From positions 112,313-176,312 of the forward strand of contig MCFE01000091.1 in NCBI GenBank assembly GCA_002104905.1: DNA of 64,000 nt, given 5' to 3'. The position numbers were made by a program, and so were the translations under genes. The stretch is from Basidiobolus meristosporus CBS 931.73 (Eukaryota; Fungi; Basidiobolomycota). The first letter of the stretch is position 1; every line of letters begins with the position of its first letter. This document shows positions 51,148 through 62,362 of the stretch, piece by piece. The notes below the pieces were generated by a model, which was not told where the DNA came from, did not search any database, and saw only the letters and a program-made list of their open reading frames with translations.

Positions 51148-53635
51148 TCCAGACACGCTTATTGTAGTTGGCTTTTTACCTGAGCTTCAACCCGCAGTGC
51201 TATTTAAACTCAATGAGTGCTTGAAGTTTTGATTGGTAACCCAAACTGCGTCGATCCTCCAGCTAAAAAGAGCAATTAATGAAGCCAGTCTATGAGGTGA
51301 TTGGCAGGATGGATTAAGGTTTTCCGCCCTTGAGCCCACAAACATTACTCCCACTACCAATAACGAAGGAGAATTCTCAGCAATCCAACTTTGGCTGATC
51401 TGATTTACCCGAGTCTTTCTTGAGTAATCTAGTTGGCGTTCAACTTCCTTTGCCATTGCAATGAGTTTTTTACATGCATTCCTAGATTAATCGGTGCTGA
51501 ATGCCCCCAAGGATACTTAAGCTATGCTCGTTTCTAAGGAAAGAGATGGGCGTGGGATGCTCCCAATTTTGCAGTTAGAAAACAGTGCAGTGATACAAGT
51601 AAATCCCATTCCAAGCATTGGTTGAAAATTTATCCTAGTGGAAGAAAGTCTATCTACTTCAGGCAGCATTGTTCAAAGGAGAGAATTGAAAATGGGAATA
51701 TTTGGCTGATGACCCATTATGGCTGGCTATCTAGATACACAATCGATCTAATGGTGATTCTGGCGTATAAACGAGATATTGTACCCGTGATTAGTAATGC
51801 CGACTTCTAAATCAAATTTGTTTCTCCGTTTGTCTTGATCAATCATCTTGATTAATGGGACAGCTCACCTCAAGAATATCACATACACAAATAACCATAA
51901 TTTATCGTTAAGGTTCATTTTTACCATCGACTTGTTCGCTTTTCTTGCTGAAAAACAATATTACCTTAATTTATGCTGAATGGCGTGACAAAGGAGGATG
52001 AAATGATAATGCAATGGCTCTGGGTAAAGAGTATCTACCATCCTTCACTATTCTGAAACATTTCCCAAGTGTTTGAAATAAATCCGGAATTCTACAACTA
52101 GAGCAACTCTCATCAATACAGTTGTAGATTTGCTTGATATTTGTTTTCTATAAACTTTTGATCAAGTTCTTACACATACTGTTTTTACTGCCGAATTCTG
52201 TAATAAACTGATGGTTTTTCAATTGTATCTTGGCAGGACTTGCATGGCATTCTGACAGTCTTAATGTGGTATACATTTATTTGAGCAGACCTAACCAGCC
52301 AATACATGTAATTGCCTTATATGGAGATAAAATCAACGGTGTTTTGACAGCTTTGATGCAGACCATTGCTGGCATTATTATGGCAGTACAGTGGTCTACA
52401 GCTGGTCCAGTATAATGCTACTGTACCTATTTACCAAATGATATTTCATTTTTTGCCTCCCCTTGTGCCATTCATATATGCCACTGTAGAATCATGACTC
52501 TTTATTTGCTTATCCACTACTACCATGGGTACTCCACATACAGCTCAAGTCAAAAAACCCATTCCCTCATGCTTACCCACCTCTAGATACACATACACCT
52601 GCTGTAACTAACACACTGCTATCACCTCAGCTTTACAGCTTTTCAGTGTGATACTGTAAAGTAGCCATATGTCTTGTTTTGCTGGTAACATATGCATCTT
52701 GCAAACATATGCTTGGTTGCTGCCACTTTTGCTATGGATGCCTCTTGAATATCTGCAAAATACTTCTTGTACTTGGCTGATATATTCCTTTTACCTGCTG
52801 GACTCTAGTCCCCCTTACAGATGTGCACTAGTACTTGTTTGTGTGAATTCTGTATTGAAAGATATGGAAATCAGATTGTACTCAGGATAAACTTGGCATG
52901 CTCTGGTACAGTTGTCTTAATGAAAATTAGTTGCTGGTTGCATCTAACCCTACCTTGCATTACTTAGCTGATCACCCATATATTGGGGCTGCTTGATATC
53001 TTAATGTTGAATGCATAGGTGTCTCCATGTGCACATCCCTGCGCAGTATTTTCCAACTCTTCCTGGCTGTCCTTCATATGCCAACTCATCATATCCTTGA
53101 CAGACTTGGAGGGAATATTCTTAATGAGGTTGGGATATAGTAGTACTTGCAACTTGTCTTGTATTGCTATCTCCCCACACATCTGCTCCATAGGAAGCTC
53201 ACAAAAGGTGAAGTAAGACCCAATTTTCTTCAGACACTAAGCAAGATGGGGGCAAAAATGGATTCAGTGGTGGCAGAGATCTATGCACTCAGATTTAAGC
53301 TTGTTGCATAGACACTTGTATCCTGTCCAAACTCTTTTCATGATAGCTGTGAGTGTGCTAAATTGACATTGGTGATCTGCTTCTGAAAAATATTCCTACA
53401 ATGCCAACATATGACTCCTAATGCTTCCAATGTACCCTGGTTAAAAATTACTTCAGTTAGTCACTTGAATGAATAGATATCTGGTTCATTCAGTGATTGT
53501 ATTTGTATTGTTGGATATGCATACAAATATTGAGTGGGGCTTGTAAGAAGTACCTTTGGTAACAAATACTCTGTAATATCTTGCCAATTCTTTCTAACTG
53601 CAATGGTATCTCAAAGAGCTCATTTAGCTTGAAAT

Positions 53636-54338
53636 TATTACAATATTCTGAGGAGTATTGGAAGTGATGTGGAGAATTAGAGTATTTATATGTAATTCAC
53701 ATGTAGATAGGTTGAGGAAAATTATAGATTGTATATTTTTGATATGGTAAGATAAATAACTGGATAGAGTTAGCTCAAGAATACCACAGGAATATGCGCG
53801 CAAAGTTTGAGGTCTTTTAGAGAACCTTGAGAAAGATCATAATCTGGATACTGTTGTAAGAGTCTTGGAGATATTGGAAGTGATTGGGAGGACAAGTAGA
53901 TTATGTGGTTTTCACTTAATGATTTATTGAATGTAAAAGTAGTATTTATACATTTACCTGGTCTTGGCATTACAAGCATGTAGAATAGGTTAAGGAGGGT
54001 CCCAAGAACATGTGTGCAAAGTTTGGGGCTGTTTGGACAACTTATCAAATTTTCATCTTCTGGGTACCTGGTATTTTGGTGAAAATATTCAAAGTAAATC
54101 CCAACAAGGAATTTGGTCAGTATTCTCTAGGATATGAAGGTTATGATCTAAGTGACTAAGTTAGGTGAATATTTAGGTGGAAATACAAATTTTTACAACA
54201 GATACCTGATAATCTGGTGAGAATATTCTAAGTAAGCCCCATCAAGAAATCTTGTCAGGACAGAATGCTAATCACAGAATAACATAAACATGACTAAGCT
54301 AGTATGAATCCCCAGGTGTCAAGTCAATAATTACAACA
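53636..54338 (-). mobile_element. Solo LTR (second Copia LTR subfamily) with TSD GAAAT, itself interrupted
   Basis: GAAAT at 53631-53635 and 54339-54343; body homologous to 58868-59215. Confidence 0.8.
53852..54200 (-). mobile_element. Solo Copia LTR (349 bp) with TSD GATAC nested in the previous LTR
   Basis: Reverse complement of 13539-13887; GATAC at 53847-53851 and 54201-54205. Confidence 0.92.
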
Positions 54339-54944
54339 GAAATATGCCACATATAACTTGGCCATCAGTGTTGGAATACTGTCAAAGAGCAAATGCATTG
54401 CTCCATATGGATAGCTTTTGCTCCAACACATTCCTACTATCTTGGTATCTCCAGTTTTTGATTAATTCCATGTTTGGCCAATGCTATAGCTGCTAGCTTC
54501 TGTAATGGCAAGCTGACTTCTCCATGTTCTCTGCTATGGGAAGATGTTGTTGTTAGGGTGTAGGTGTTATAGTAAGGGCTAGGATATGGTTAGAAGAGCA
54601 GGGGGTCTGGGGGACAGAATCTCCAAGGGAGTAGAAAAGTAGGGGGCTTGGGGATGTATCCTCCATAGAACTCCTATACTCTTTAAAATCCCTCTGATTT
54701 ACCTTTCTTTCATTTGGAGTTCTTGTCCCATAGGGCTGCAATTCCCTCTGTTAAGCATAACCACCCTAATCATAAATGTCTTTACCCTGCACTTTGCACA
54801 TATGTCTAGTAATATAATAGGCATGTCTGGACCCATATTTGACTCCTTACTCTCTCTGTATGTAATATATAAGTCTTGCTAATTTATTGATTACTAAAGT
54901 GTTACCTATGATGCTATAAATGATAATTTATGTAACTCATCCCA

Positions 54945-55218
54945 ATCAGGCCACTTGTTCTTGTGTTGGAAATCACATTCCATTCTACTCCAGAACCGGC
55001 GCTGACAATGATCCACCACAGTGATGGCGAAGGTTTCCCCGGGGGTAAGTAGCCCCGCATTGGCAGGCAGGGGAGTGTTGTCCCAACGCCACCAACCATA
55101 CATCGTGGGTGCATTAGTTTTTGAAGACGATATTATGGACCAGCTCATCGACCAGCGCCAAATGCACAGTGGCAAGGAAGGCGAGGAGGGAGCCGATAAT
55201 TCTAACAGTAGACAACAT
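54945..55218 (-). pseudogene. Thaumatin-like (PR-5) pseudogene fragment
   Basis: Signal peptide MLSTVRIIGSLLAFLATV.., then IVFKN*CTHDVWLVA and, after a frameshift, GLLTPGETFAITV..RRFWSRMECDF, matching the thaumatin N-terminal pattern (F.NNC..TVW; L.PG.S; GRFW.RTGC.F). Confidence 0.6.
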
Positions 55219-56046
55219 TCTAGAGGCTGATGACGATGATGGGAAACAGGCAAGGCGGGATTTTATAAGTTCCATTGTTTTTGGCCAACAAACCACTTGG
55301 TCTGTTTAGGTTAAATCCTTCCTAGTCTATTACCAAAACCATCCACCGATTTTCGCGATCCACAAGGCACCAAGCGGGTCTCCTTGCGCCGGTGTACGCG
55401 ACTTTTAACCGGGAAAACCGTGCACAGCTAGTTCACCTCATTGTTTACCATATCCCCTCCTTTGTTCTCGCGTTGATCTATGCGTTGTTTCGTGTCTTCC
55501 GTTTCCATGCTGGTAAGTTCCGAACCGCAGCGCGACCGAAAAGGAGCCCGATCCTACACCATCATCCCCGGCTGTCTCGAGTGTAAAACACCGCTGTTGT
55601 GGACGCAATAATATAAATCATTTCCAAAGGGTATGGGCACTCTTAAGCTGGTTGTGGTGGGTGATAATGCTCAAATCAAAGATCGCACCTCTGCGGTTAG
55701 CATTATCGTGAATACGACACAAATGCTCCAATCTACCATTCCCGCAAGCTACCCTCGTGGTAAATACCAGGTAGAGGCGGGTAAGAAACAGTCTTGTGGG
55801 GAGGATTTCCGCCAAGAAGCGAATTTCTATATTGGACTGCGCTGAAGGTGTCTAACCTCATGGATAATATAATACAACCGATTTGGAGCAAACAGAAACC
55901 GGTTTGGGCGAAAGCCGGCAGCCATGGTAGAGGGAACGGGTTGATTGGTCGTAGCATGGATTTTCTAGGTTTCGGAGGTCAAAATTATAAAAGAGCTGCG
56001 CACCCCCTCTATCTCGATTCATCCAAACCTCTATCCTTTCTAATCA

Positions 56047-56958
56047 ATGTCCAAGAAGCCATCTTCATCCACTCAGTCTGAGGCCTTGACCACTCAGCCA
56101 AGTAGCCATGTAATGTCCAAGTCTTTTGCCAAAGAAATCCCAGCAGAGCCAGTCGCGGGCTTCTACGGGGTTGCCATGCAATCCCTGGGAAATTTATTTG
56201 GGGCCCTTGGCTCTATTCCTGGGTGTTTCTGCTGTCCAAATCCCAACAAGGAGGTGGATCAAGGCTATGTTGGTCTGGTCTCTCGTTTCGGCCGAGTCTA
56301 CAAATGTGTGGATCCAGGTCTGACCACAGTGAATGTCTTTACCGAGAAACTGCATAGCGTTGATATCAAGTTGCAGATCGCTTTGATCGAGGACATTCGC
56401 ATCATGACCAAGGACAATGTAAACATCAAGATCGATTCGGTGGTTTACTACCATGTAGTGGACCCTTATCAATCATTATTCGGAGTTGGCGACGTTCGCC
56501 AGGCTCTAATTGAGCGTACACAAACCACACTCAGAGGGGTTCTCGGAACTCGAGTTCTCCAAGACTGTATTGAGAATCGAGAGACCATTGCTGATGACAT
56601 CCGTGAGATGATCGATATTCCAGCCAGAGAGTGGGGAGTCACCATCGAATCCATCCTGATTAAGGATCTTGAGTTCTCCAAGGAGCTACAGGAGTCGCTT
56701 TCCAGCGCAGCCACCCAAAAGAGAATCGGTGAATCGAAGGTGATTTCCGCCCAAGCCGAAGTGGACTCGGCCAAGTTGATGAGAGAGGCGGCGGAGATTC
56801 TCAACACTCCAGCAGCCATGCAGATTCGTTATCTCGAAACCCTGAGCTCAATGAGCAAGAACACGGGAACCAAGGTGATTTTCATGCCACTTGAGCATGG
56901 TTCTAGTAGCAATGCTATCCACAAGGCAGTGGTTCAAAATCAATTGGCCGAAATGTAA
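56047..56958 (+). CDS. Stomatin-like SPFH/Band 7 protein
   Basis: MTKDNVNIKIDSVVYY, QTTLRGVLG, EWGVTIESILIKD, AMQIRYLETL. Confidence 0.95.
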   Translation: MSKKPSSSTQSEALTTQPSSHVMSKSFAKEIPAEPVAGFYGVAMQSLGNLFGALGSIPGCFCCPNPNKEVDQGYVGLVSRFGRVYKCVDPGLTTVNVFTEKLHSVDIKLQIALIEDIRIMTKDNVNIKIDSVVYYHVVDPYQSLFGVGDVRQALIERTQTTLRGVLGTRVLQDCIENRETIADDIREMIDIPAREWGVTIESILIKDLEFSKELQESLSSAATQKRIGESKVISAQAEVDSAKLMREAAEILNTPAAMQIRYLETLSSMSKNTGTKVIFMPLEHGSSSNAIHKAVVQNQLAEM

Positions 56959-57399
56959 ATCGTTTATTGATTGTGCTATACCCCTCGTAATGTTCCTGTT
57001 TGCCATTTTGTAAGCATGTACAACTACATAGTCCTAATACATATCCCAACATCAATTTATAAAATTTCACTGCTTCTATAACATGCTAGAATTAGCTGCT
57101 TCTATAACATGCTAGAATTCGTTACTGTTGGTTATTGTGCACGTTTCTTAAAATCCAATTCTGGCTTATGATTCGCCCTACACATGAGAGAACGGTTGAC
57201 AATTGTATATGCCAGATTCGTCGATCAATCACCTTTATCGATCACCACCTCAATATTAGATTCAAATGGTGCCAATTACCAGATATATAACAGCGCCACT
57301 CAGCTGGCCACTCGACTGGCCAATAGGTGGCCCAAGACACATTGATATGGATGGTTATGGGTTAATCGAGAATACCGGTTATCCAATGATATCATATAT

Positions 57400-57753
57400 A
57401 GAACCCCGGTATTAGAGCATTTGCCAGATCCAAGCCACTTCTTCAGATTTGCCAAGCAATGCTTGAACCCAGAATCCGGAAAACTGTTCATCTCAAACAT
57501 GCATCTCAATATGGGTGACGCGACAAGCGCTGGTTTTTATAATCCTAACACCGGGGAAAAAGTTTTGAGCTACTCCGCCAATCACTCAGCTCAGAACCTA
57601 ATCGAACAGGCCGAGGGGTGTGGGTTCATCTTTCTGGAGAAATTTGAAGATGGCGTGGAAGACGCTGCCCATGCCGAGAGATTGAACCTGAGAGCAAAGA
57701 AGTGGGTGGGTGTCAACATGTTGCTATCCTTGGTATTCGGCCTCCGTAATTGA
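57400..57753 (+). CDS. C-terminal part of a class I SAM-dependent methyltransferase-like protein; upstream exons not resolved, possibly a pseudogene
   Basis: VLEHLPD..LFISNMH..MG..SAGF.NP.TG.K..RAKKWVGV resembles fungal methyltransferase-11-like proteins. Confidence 0.5.
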   Translation, partial: RTPVLEHLPDPSHFFRFAKQCLNPESGKLFISNMHLNMGDATSAGFYNPNTGEKVLSYSANHSAQNLIEQAEGCGFIFLEKFEDGVEDAAHAERLNLRAKKWVGVNMLLSLVFGLRN

Positions 57754-58475
57754 ATCCTTACTTAGATGTTTGTATTGTACTCTAATAAATATTCATCCAT
57801 AAACGTTCATCTATCTGGTCTTTTCAATGTCGTTGAAGTAGTTTGGATACTCGTGTATACACTTGAAAGTGCGTTGTTTGGTACATTATTAATAAATAAA
57901 ATGCCCAACTAAAGCGACGTAAGAGTAAGGTACTCCGCATGATTCAAGTTGCGGGAGAGTAGGTTTTGTTGCTGGTGGCAGCGCTGGGTAGGCAAAATAT
58001 TGGTGAAATGCAAAGAAATCCTCCAACACTGATTTAACATTGGTTTGATGATCTCCAAGTCCTTGGTGACAATTGGTGACAAACTATATAATCCCAACAC
58101 TCAAAGCTCCAAAAATTCTTAGTATTCATGCGTACGATATAGGTAGTTTGACCAAAGTTTATCTAATTGGCAGCAATGGTAAGATTGAAGAGATATTTTT
58201 GGCTGACTGAAGTATATACTCCATCGATGCATTATATTCAAAAGTATATGATATAAGATATGTACCGGAGGGTGGCCAATGAAATGCTCAACTTTTATCC
58301 TGATAGATCTACTGTGCACTAGAATTTTGGCTGGGATGAGCTAGACATTGCAAGAGTCTTGGAGAAATTGAAGTGATTGCAAGCACACGTAGGTTTTAAG
58401 ATTTAAATTATCTATTTATCAAATGTGATGGTGGTATATATATGTCATGTAAAAAATGGTCAGGAAGGTCCAAAG

Positions 58476-58806
58476 TGTTGTAAAAATTTGTAATTCCACC
58501 TAAATATTCACCTAACTTAGTCACTTAGATCATACCTTCAGATCCTAGAGAATACTGACCAAATTCCTTGTCAGGATTTACTCAGAATATTTACCCAGAA
58601 CATGAAAATTTGATAAGTTGTCCAAACAGCCCCAAGCTTTGCACACATGTTCTTGGAGCCTTCCTTAACCTATTCTACATGTTTGCTATGCCAAGACCAT
58701 GTAAAAGTATAAATACTACTTTTACATTCAACAATTCAACAAGAGAAGCCACATAATCTACTTGTCCGCCCAAATCACTTCCAATATTTCCAAAACTCTT
58801 ACAACA
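58476..58806 (+). mobile_element. Solo Copia LTR (internally deleted) inserted into an older inverted LTR remnant (about 58340-58832)
   Basis: TGTTG..CAACA; flanks CAAAG/CAATG; the interrupted ggaaggtcc/aacatgtgtg LTR sequence resumes after the insert. Confidence 0.8.
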
Positions 58807-58867
58807 CAATGAACATGTGTGTAAAGCTTGGGGCCCTCTGAATCAATGGTGATTCTTGGCTGATACC

Positions 58868-59215
58868 TGTTGTAATATTCTGAGGAGTATTAGAAGTGAT
58901 GTGGAGAACCAGAAGATTTACATGTAATTCACTTGTAGATTTATTGATCAAAAGTATGTTATATATACTTTCAGTAGAGTAGAGCAAACAAACATGTAGA
59001 GTTTGCTAAGGAAGGTCCCAAGAATATGTGCGCCAAGTTTGGGGGCTTTTGGACAACTTTGAGAAAGATCATAATCTGGGTACCTGATAATTGGGTAAAA
59101 ATATTCTAAGTAAATCCCAACAAGTAATTTGGTCAGGACAGAATGCTAATCAAAGAGTAAGATCTATGTGACTAATCTAGCATGAATATTTTGGTGACAA
59201 CTTAAAATTACAACA
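58868..59215 (-). mobile_element. Solo LTR (second subfamily, 348 bp) with TSD ATACC
   Basis: TGTTG..CAACA; ATACC at 58863-58867 and 59216-59220. Confidence 0.88.
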
Positions 59216-59511
59216 ATACCATGCATTCATTCTGTTTCTGTACTCTAGTAAATCACAGGATAATTGCCCAAGTAATACTAATATGCCATGGTTCACTGTT
59301 CCATATCACTTGAAGATATGTTAGCCAATGTGAGAAAAGGGTGTCACCAAATGTGCAGTGGTGAGTAATATCCAATAGGTGCTTGTTGTGCCACAACATT
59401 CTTGTAATGAGAGACATGCATTGTAATATCTAATGTGAGGAAGGAAGGTTTATTTACCCAAATTGCAGATAGAACAATCAAGGGGAAGGAAGCAAATTAG
59501 GAGAAGGTTAT

Positions 59512-59854
59512 GGGAGAGACAGCTATAAATAGGTGAAATTTTTTCCAGCTGAAACAAAGAAGCCAGCACTAATGTTGTAACCTTGATACAAGATGTGTAG
59601 CTGAGGGGTATTGGTAGATCAGTTAATAAGAAGTGATGATAGTTCTTCAGTGCTCAAGACACTATTCAGTGGGAAAGGGGGGAGCAAGAGGGGTAAGAAT
59701 GATTTGCAAACAACATTAATAAGAGAAATATGATAGGGATTGATATTCATCATAAAGGGAGTGTGCTGTTTCAGATATTGCTGCCAAAGGTCTGTCAAAT
59801 ATTTCAGGTAGGCCAGTTTGGGTTTTCTGACTTCACAATATATTGAGCAAACTT
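59512..59854 (-). mobile_element. Subtelomeric module C, older degenerate copy
   Basis: Homologous to 61309-61655, with a decayed 3' tail; followed by GGTTAGGTTAGGGGGG. Confidence 0.8.
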
Positions 59855-59872
59855 AAGGTTAGGTTAGGGGGG

Positions 59873-60181
59873 AGATGGTCACTGCTATATCCAAGAAAAA
59901 AGTGTAATAAAACTCTTGAATGAGTCAACTGAACCTAAGTGACAACTAAGCACAGAATCTTAGAATTGCCAAGAGTGACAGAAATATTAGCAGAGAAGTT
60001 TTGGTCTAATATTAGTTTTGTATATAGTTCAGTTGGGCTAAAAAGGCAACAGAGTTGGTTTGCTATACCGGCTAGGCTTGGTGTTCTTGGGAATACAAGA
60101 TATGCTAGGCTTGGGTGCAAACTAGAATGGAATTGTTGAATTCCTAATTTTGCTGAGGAACAATCTTAATTTTGTGGAGAC
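59873..60181 (-). repeat. Repeat D copy within the subtelomeric array
   Basis: Similar to 22275-22570; its minus-strand 3' end GTGACCATCTCCCC resembles the module C tail and abuts a TTAGGG linker. Confidence 0.7.
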
Positions 60182-60182
60182 A

Positions 60183-60799
60183 GGGGAGGGAAAGTCACCC
60201 AGGGAGGTGAAATCTTTATTTGATTTCAGACTAGTCTAACTACAAATAAAGAAGCCAGCTGGGTATAGAAGATTCCCAAAGTAAACACTAAGTTGAATAT
60301 GAATTATTCTAAGCTAAAGTTAAGGCAGTATTGCAGAGTACACTGGAGTTCAGGATCATGGGGGAGTGAAGTGGATAAGCTTGAGAGATATAATAATCTT
60401 TGAGGAAGTGGATAACTGCAGGTGAAGGGGAGCTTTTGATAAGTGGAGTGAGTCTTGAGATCAGAGATTCCTCTAATGAGAAGGTCTTGTAAACTGGAGA
60501 ATCAGGAAACTCTTTAAAGGCATGATCAGTAGGTTCCAAGCAAAATTGGTCAGACACATTTTGAGAGAATTGTTTGGCAATATTTTTGTCAAGTACTACC
60601 TCCAGAGTATGATTGTTGATAAATCTCATGTTAACAATCCTGGATAAATTGTAACCTGGTTGCTTGAGATACATCCTATGCTCAGATATAGCAATAAACT
60701 CCACAATGGCAAAGTGGCAGACAGCCCAGCCAGTAGCAGGAGGCAACTCAGAAGTGGCAGGAAACTTTCTTTTAGTCTTTGTAGGAGCAGCAGTATGTC
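60183..60799 (-). mobile_element. Subtelomeric module B, 5'-truncated (ORF 60309-60799)
   Basis: Homologous to 62889-63503; open frame with the same C-terminus (..TALTLA*); shared 3' tail. Confidence 0.85.
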
Positions 60800-60807
60800 T
60801 TAGGGGG

Positions 60808-61295
60808 AGGAAAGTCACCAAGTGGTGAAATCTTTATTTACTTATGACAAGTATCTAAAGAAGCCAAGTTAATTTGAAGTAATTCCTAGAAAGCTAGGTC
60901 TGAGAGTTGAGAAGCTGAGTGGTACTATATTTCCTAGTTAGCTAGGTCTGAGAGAGGTTTCCTGGAAAGCCAGGCCTGAGAAGTGAGAATCTGAATATAT
61001 CTGAGCTAAGTTATACTGGTTTGCGGTAGCTGGATTGTGGCCGGAAAGGCCAGTAGACTGGGGGAACTGAGATGAATTTCTGGGCGATCACTGGCCAAAT
61101 TTACTAGGCAAATCTGGCCATTAGCATTTCAAGGATTTCAGCCAATCAGAGCCTTTACTTTGCCCGATGGTTGATCAAGCCATCTCCCAATGAGCACACA
61201 TCAATTTATTAATCAAATTTTTGCTGGATCCAGGATTTGAACCCACAACCATGGGTATGGAAGGGTTAGGGATAACCACAAGGCTAAGTGTTCTT
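60808..61295 (-). ncRNA. Module A copy 1 (488 bp): tRNA-headed SINE-like structured RNA
   Basis: A-box and B-box at the 5' end, shared 3' tail, 29-bp deletion of one hairpin repeat relative to copies 2 and 3. Confidence 0.7.
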
Positions 61296-61308
61296 GGGTT
61301 AGGGGGGG

Positions 61309-61824
61309 AGACAGTCACCAACCGGTGAAATCTTTATTTCAGTTGAAACAAAGAAGCCAGCGCTACTGTTGTAGCTTTGATACAAGAGTGTGTAGCTGAG
61401 GGGAATTTGTAGGTAAGTTAATAAGAAGTGATGATAGTTCTTCAGTGCTCAAGACACTGTTCAGTGGGAAGGGGGGTAGCAAGAGAGGTAGGAATGACTT
61501 GTGAACAACATTAATGAGGGGAATGTGATAAGGATTGATATTCATCATAAAGGGAGTGTGCTGCTGCAGATATTGCTGCCAAAGGTCTGTCAAGTACTTC
61601 AGGTAGGCCAGCTTGGGTTTTTCTGACTGCAGAATATAGTGAGCAAACTTCTTGACTTCAGGATCTCCAAGTATAGTTCTCCAGCAGGAGTCAGGTGTAG
61701 TGTGGTGTGTTCTCTTCCAGGCCTTAATCAGTGGGTTGTTGCAGTTGTGAAGTCTGAGGTATAATCTGGTTCTAAGGTAGAGAAGTCTGATCTTATAGGG
61801 CATAAACCCAAAAGCACCAAGAAT
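61309..61824 (-). mobile_element. Subtelomeric module C, 5'-truncated; ORF open from the truncation point to a stop at 61363 (putative C-terminus of an RT-type ORF)
   Basis: About 153 open codons (ILGAFGFMPYKIRLLYLRTRLYLR..); 54-nt 3' UTR consisting of the shared tail; identity as an RT C-terminus is inference. Confidence 0.6.
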
Positions 61825-61831
61825 TTAGGGG

Positions 61832-62349
61832 AGGAAAGTCACCAAGTGGTGAAATCTTTATTTACTTATGACAAGTATCTAAAGAAGCCAAGTTAATCTG
61901 AAGTTATTCCTAGAAAGCTAGGTCTGAAAGATATCTTCCTGGTAAGCCAGGTCTGAGAGTTGAGAAGCTAAGTGGTACTATATTTTCCTAGTTAGCTAGG
62001 TCTGAGAGAGGTTTTCCTGGAAAGCCAGGCCTGAGAAGTGAGAATCTGAATATATCTGAGCTAAGTTATGCTGGTTTGCGGTAGCTGGATTGTGGCCGGA
62101 AAGGCCAGTAGACTGGGGGAACTGAGATGAATTTCTGGGCAATCACTGGCCAAATTTACTAGGGAAATCTGGCCATTAGCATTTCAAGGATTTCAGCCAA
62201 TCAGAGCCTTTACTTTGCCCGATGGTTGATCAAGCCATCTCCCAATGAGCACACATCAATTTATTAATCAAATTTTGCTGGATCCAGGATTTGAACCCAC
62301 AACCATGGGTATGGAAGGGTTAGGGATAACCACAAGGCTAAGTGTTCTT
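61832..62349 (-). ncRNA. Module A copy 2 (518 bp)
   Basis: Near-identical to copy 3; bounded by TTAGGG-containing linkers. Confidence 0.7.
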
Positions 62350-62362
62350 GGTTAGGGGGGGG

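Larger units (their letters stand above)
52380..54540 (-). mobile_element. Second CACTA-like relic containing nested solo LTRs
   Basis: Reverse-complement similarity to 25060-25840 and 26575-26660; the ORF 52964-53191 peptide matches 25656-25844. Confidence 0.7.
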
